Below are positions 63,297 through 64,000 of a stretch of 64,000 nt of DNA, one piece after another. Position 1 is the first letter of the stretch, and every line of letters begins with the position of its first letter. Position numbers and translations under genes: made by a program. This DNA comes from Nitrososphaerales archaeon. Lineage in GTDB: Archaea > Thermoproteota > Nitrososphaeria > Nitrososphaerales > UBA213. The notes beneath the pieces were generated by a model. That model searched no databases, was not told where the DNA came from, and saw only the letters and a list, made by a program, of their open reading frames with translations. The stretch lies in assembly GCA_965197925.1 (NCBI GenBank), contig CBDAOC010000019.1:224001-288000 (forward strand), given 5' to 3'.

Positions 63297-64000
63297 ATGA
63301 ATAAATCCAGACAACTATTCGAAAAGGCCAAGACCATAATAGCTGGTGGAGTGAATAGCCCCGTCAGATTTTATGAACCCTACCCATTCTTTGCCACTAG
63401 AGGTAATGGTAGTAGGATTATCGATTCCGATGGCAATAGATACATTGATTACTGCATGGGCTACGGTGCATTGCTTCTTGGCCATAATTATAAAACAATA
63501 ACAAGTTCGGTAAAATCACAGTTAGCAAGAGGAAGTTTGTTTTGTACCCCAACTGAAAAGGAAGTAGAACTTGCTGAATTGATGATTGAGTGTATTCCAT
63601 GCGCAGAAATGGTTCGCTTGGTAAATACCGGGACTGAAGCCACAATGCATGCGATAAGACTTGCAAGAGGGTTTACAAAAAGACAGAAGATCATAAAGTT
63701 TGAAGGTTGTTATCATGGCGCACATGATTATGTTTTGGTTAAGGCTGGGTCGGGAGCTGCCCATCAAGGCATACCAGTATCGGAAGGGATGCTCGATTCA
63801 ATAGTTGAGAATACCCTAGTTACACCGTATAATGATCCCCAATCATTGGAGAGAATAATCAAAAGTAATGATGTGGCTGCTGTAATAATCGAGCCAGTAA
63901 TTGCAAACATGGGTTTGATACTACCAGACAAGAATTTTCTAACTGATGTTAGAAAGATTACTGAGCAGAGTAATACGCTGCTGATCTTTGATGAGGTTGT
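63297..64000 (+). CDS. hemL: Glutamate-1-semialdehyde 2,1-aminomutase, runs off the window end
   Basis: ATG 63297; motifs GGVNSPVRFY, YIDYCMGYG, NTGTEAT, FEGCYHG, EPVIANMG and LIFDEV. Missing from the ORF track because there is no stop in the window. Confidence 0.96.
   Translation, partial: MNKSRQLFEKAKTIIAGGVNSPVRFYEPYPFFATRGNGSRIIDSDGNRYIDYCMGYGALLLGHNYKTITSSVKSQLARGSLFCTPTEKEVELAELMIECIPCAEMVRLVNTGTEATMHAIRLARGFTKRQKIIKFEGCYHGAHDYVLVKAGSGAAHQGIPVSEGMLDSIVENTLVTPYNDPQSLERIIKSNDVAAVIIEPVIANMGLILPDKNFLTDVRKITEQSNTLLIFDEV

Noticed and set aside
63418..63767. Three short minus-strand ORFs at the window end
   Set aside because: They are shadows of hemL on the + strand, which the ORF track missed because it has no stop in the window.
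1..64000. tRNA or rRNA genes
   Set aside because: No GC-rich cloverleaf or rRNA-like segment was recognised by eye; tRNAscan-SE and Infernal would be needed to exclude small or intron-containing RNAs.

Overview
This is a 64 kb, AT-rich archaeal chromosome segment, most likely from a Nitrososphaerota (Thaumarchaeota) member. The evidence is CFI-box-CTERM and PEF-CTERM proteins, the pfdA-ftsY-argF-rpl18 and nac-PUA / hflX-trm56-tfe gene orders, and a thaumarchaeal-type Zn-dependent reductase. Intact housekeeping blocks (ribosomal proteins, secY, sod, riboflavin cluster, rnp4, rps19e, nep1, hemL) alternate with heavily eroded accessory DNA. The accessory DNA includes five IS copies with recognisable terminal inverted repeats (one nested, all transposases broken) plus IS stubs. 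It also holds a collapsed provirus relic, where an integrase N-terminus is joined to a major-capsid-like C-terminus, and a second integrase stub. There is a frameshifted asparagine-synthetase-like gene with a G13 tract next to a methyltransferase, and a ~15 kb surface-glycan locus with APS kinase and traces of three sulfotransferases that is being lost by stops, frameshifts and stub-to-stub deletions. No rRNA, tRNA or CRISPR array was recognised. All family calls come from motif recognition by eye, not database searches.
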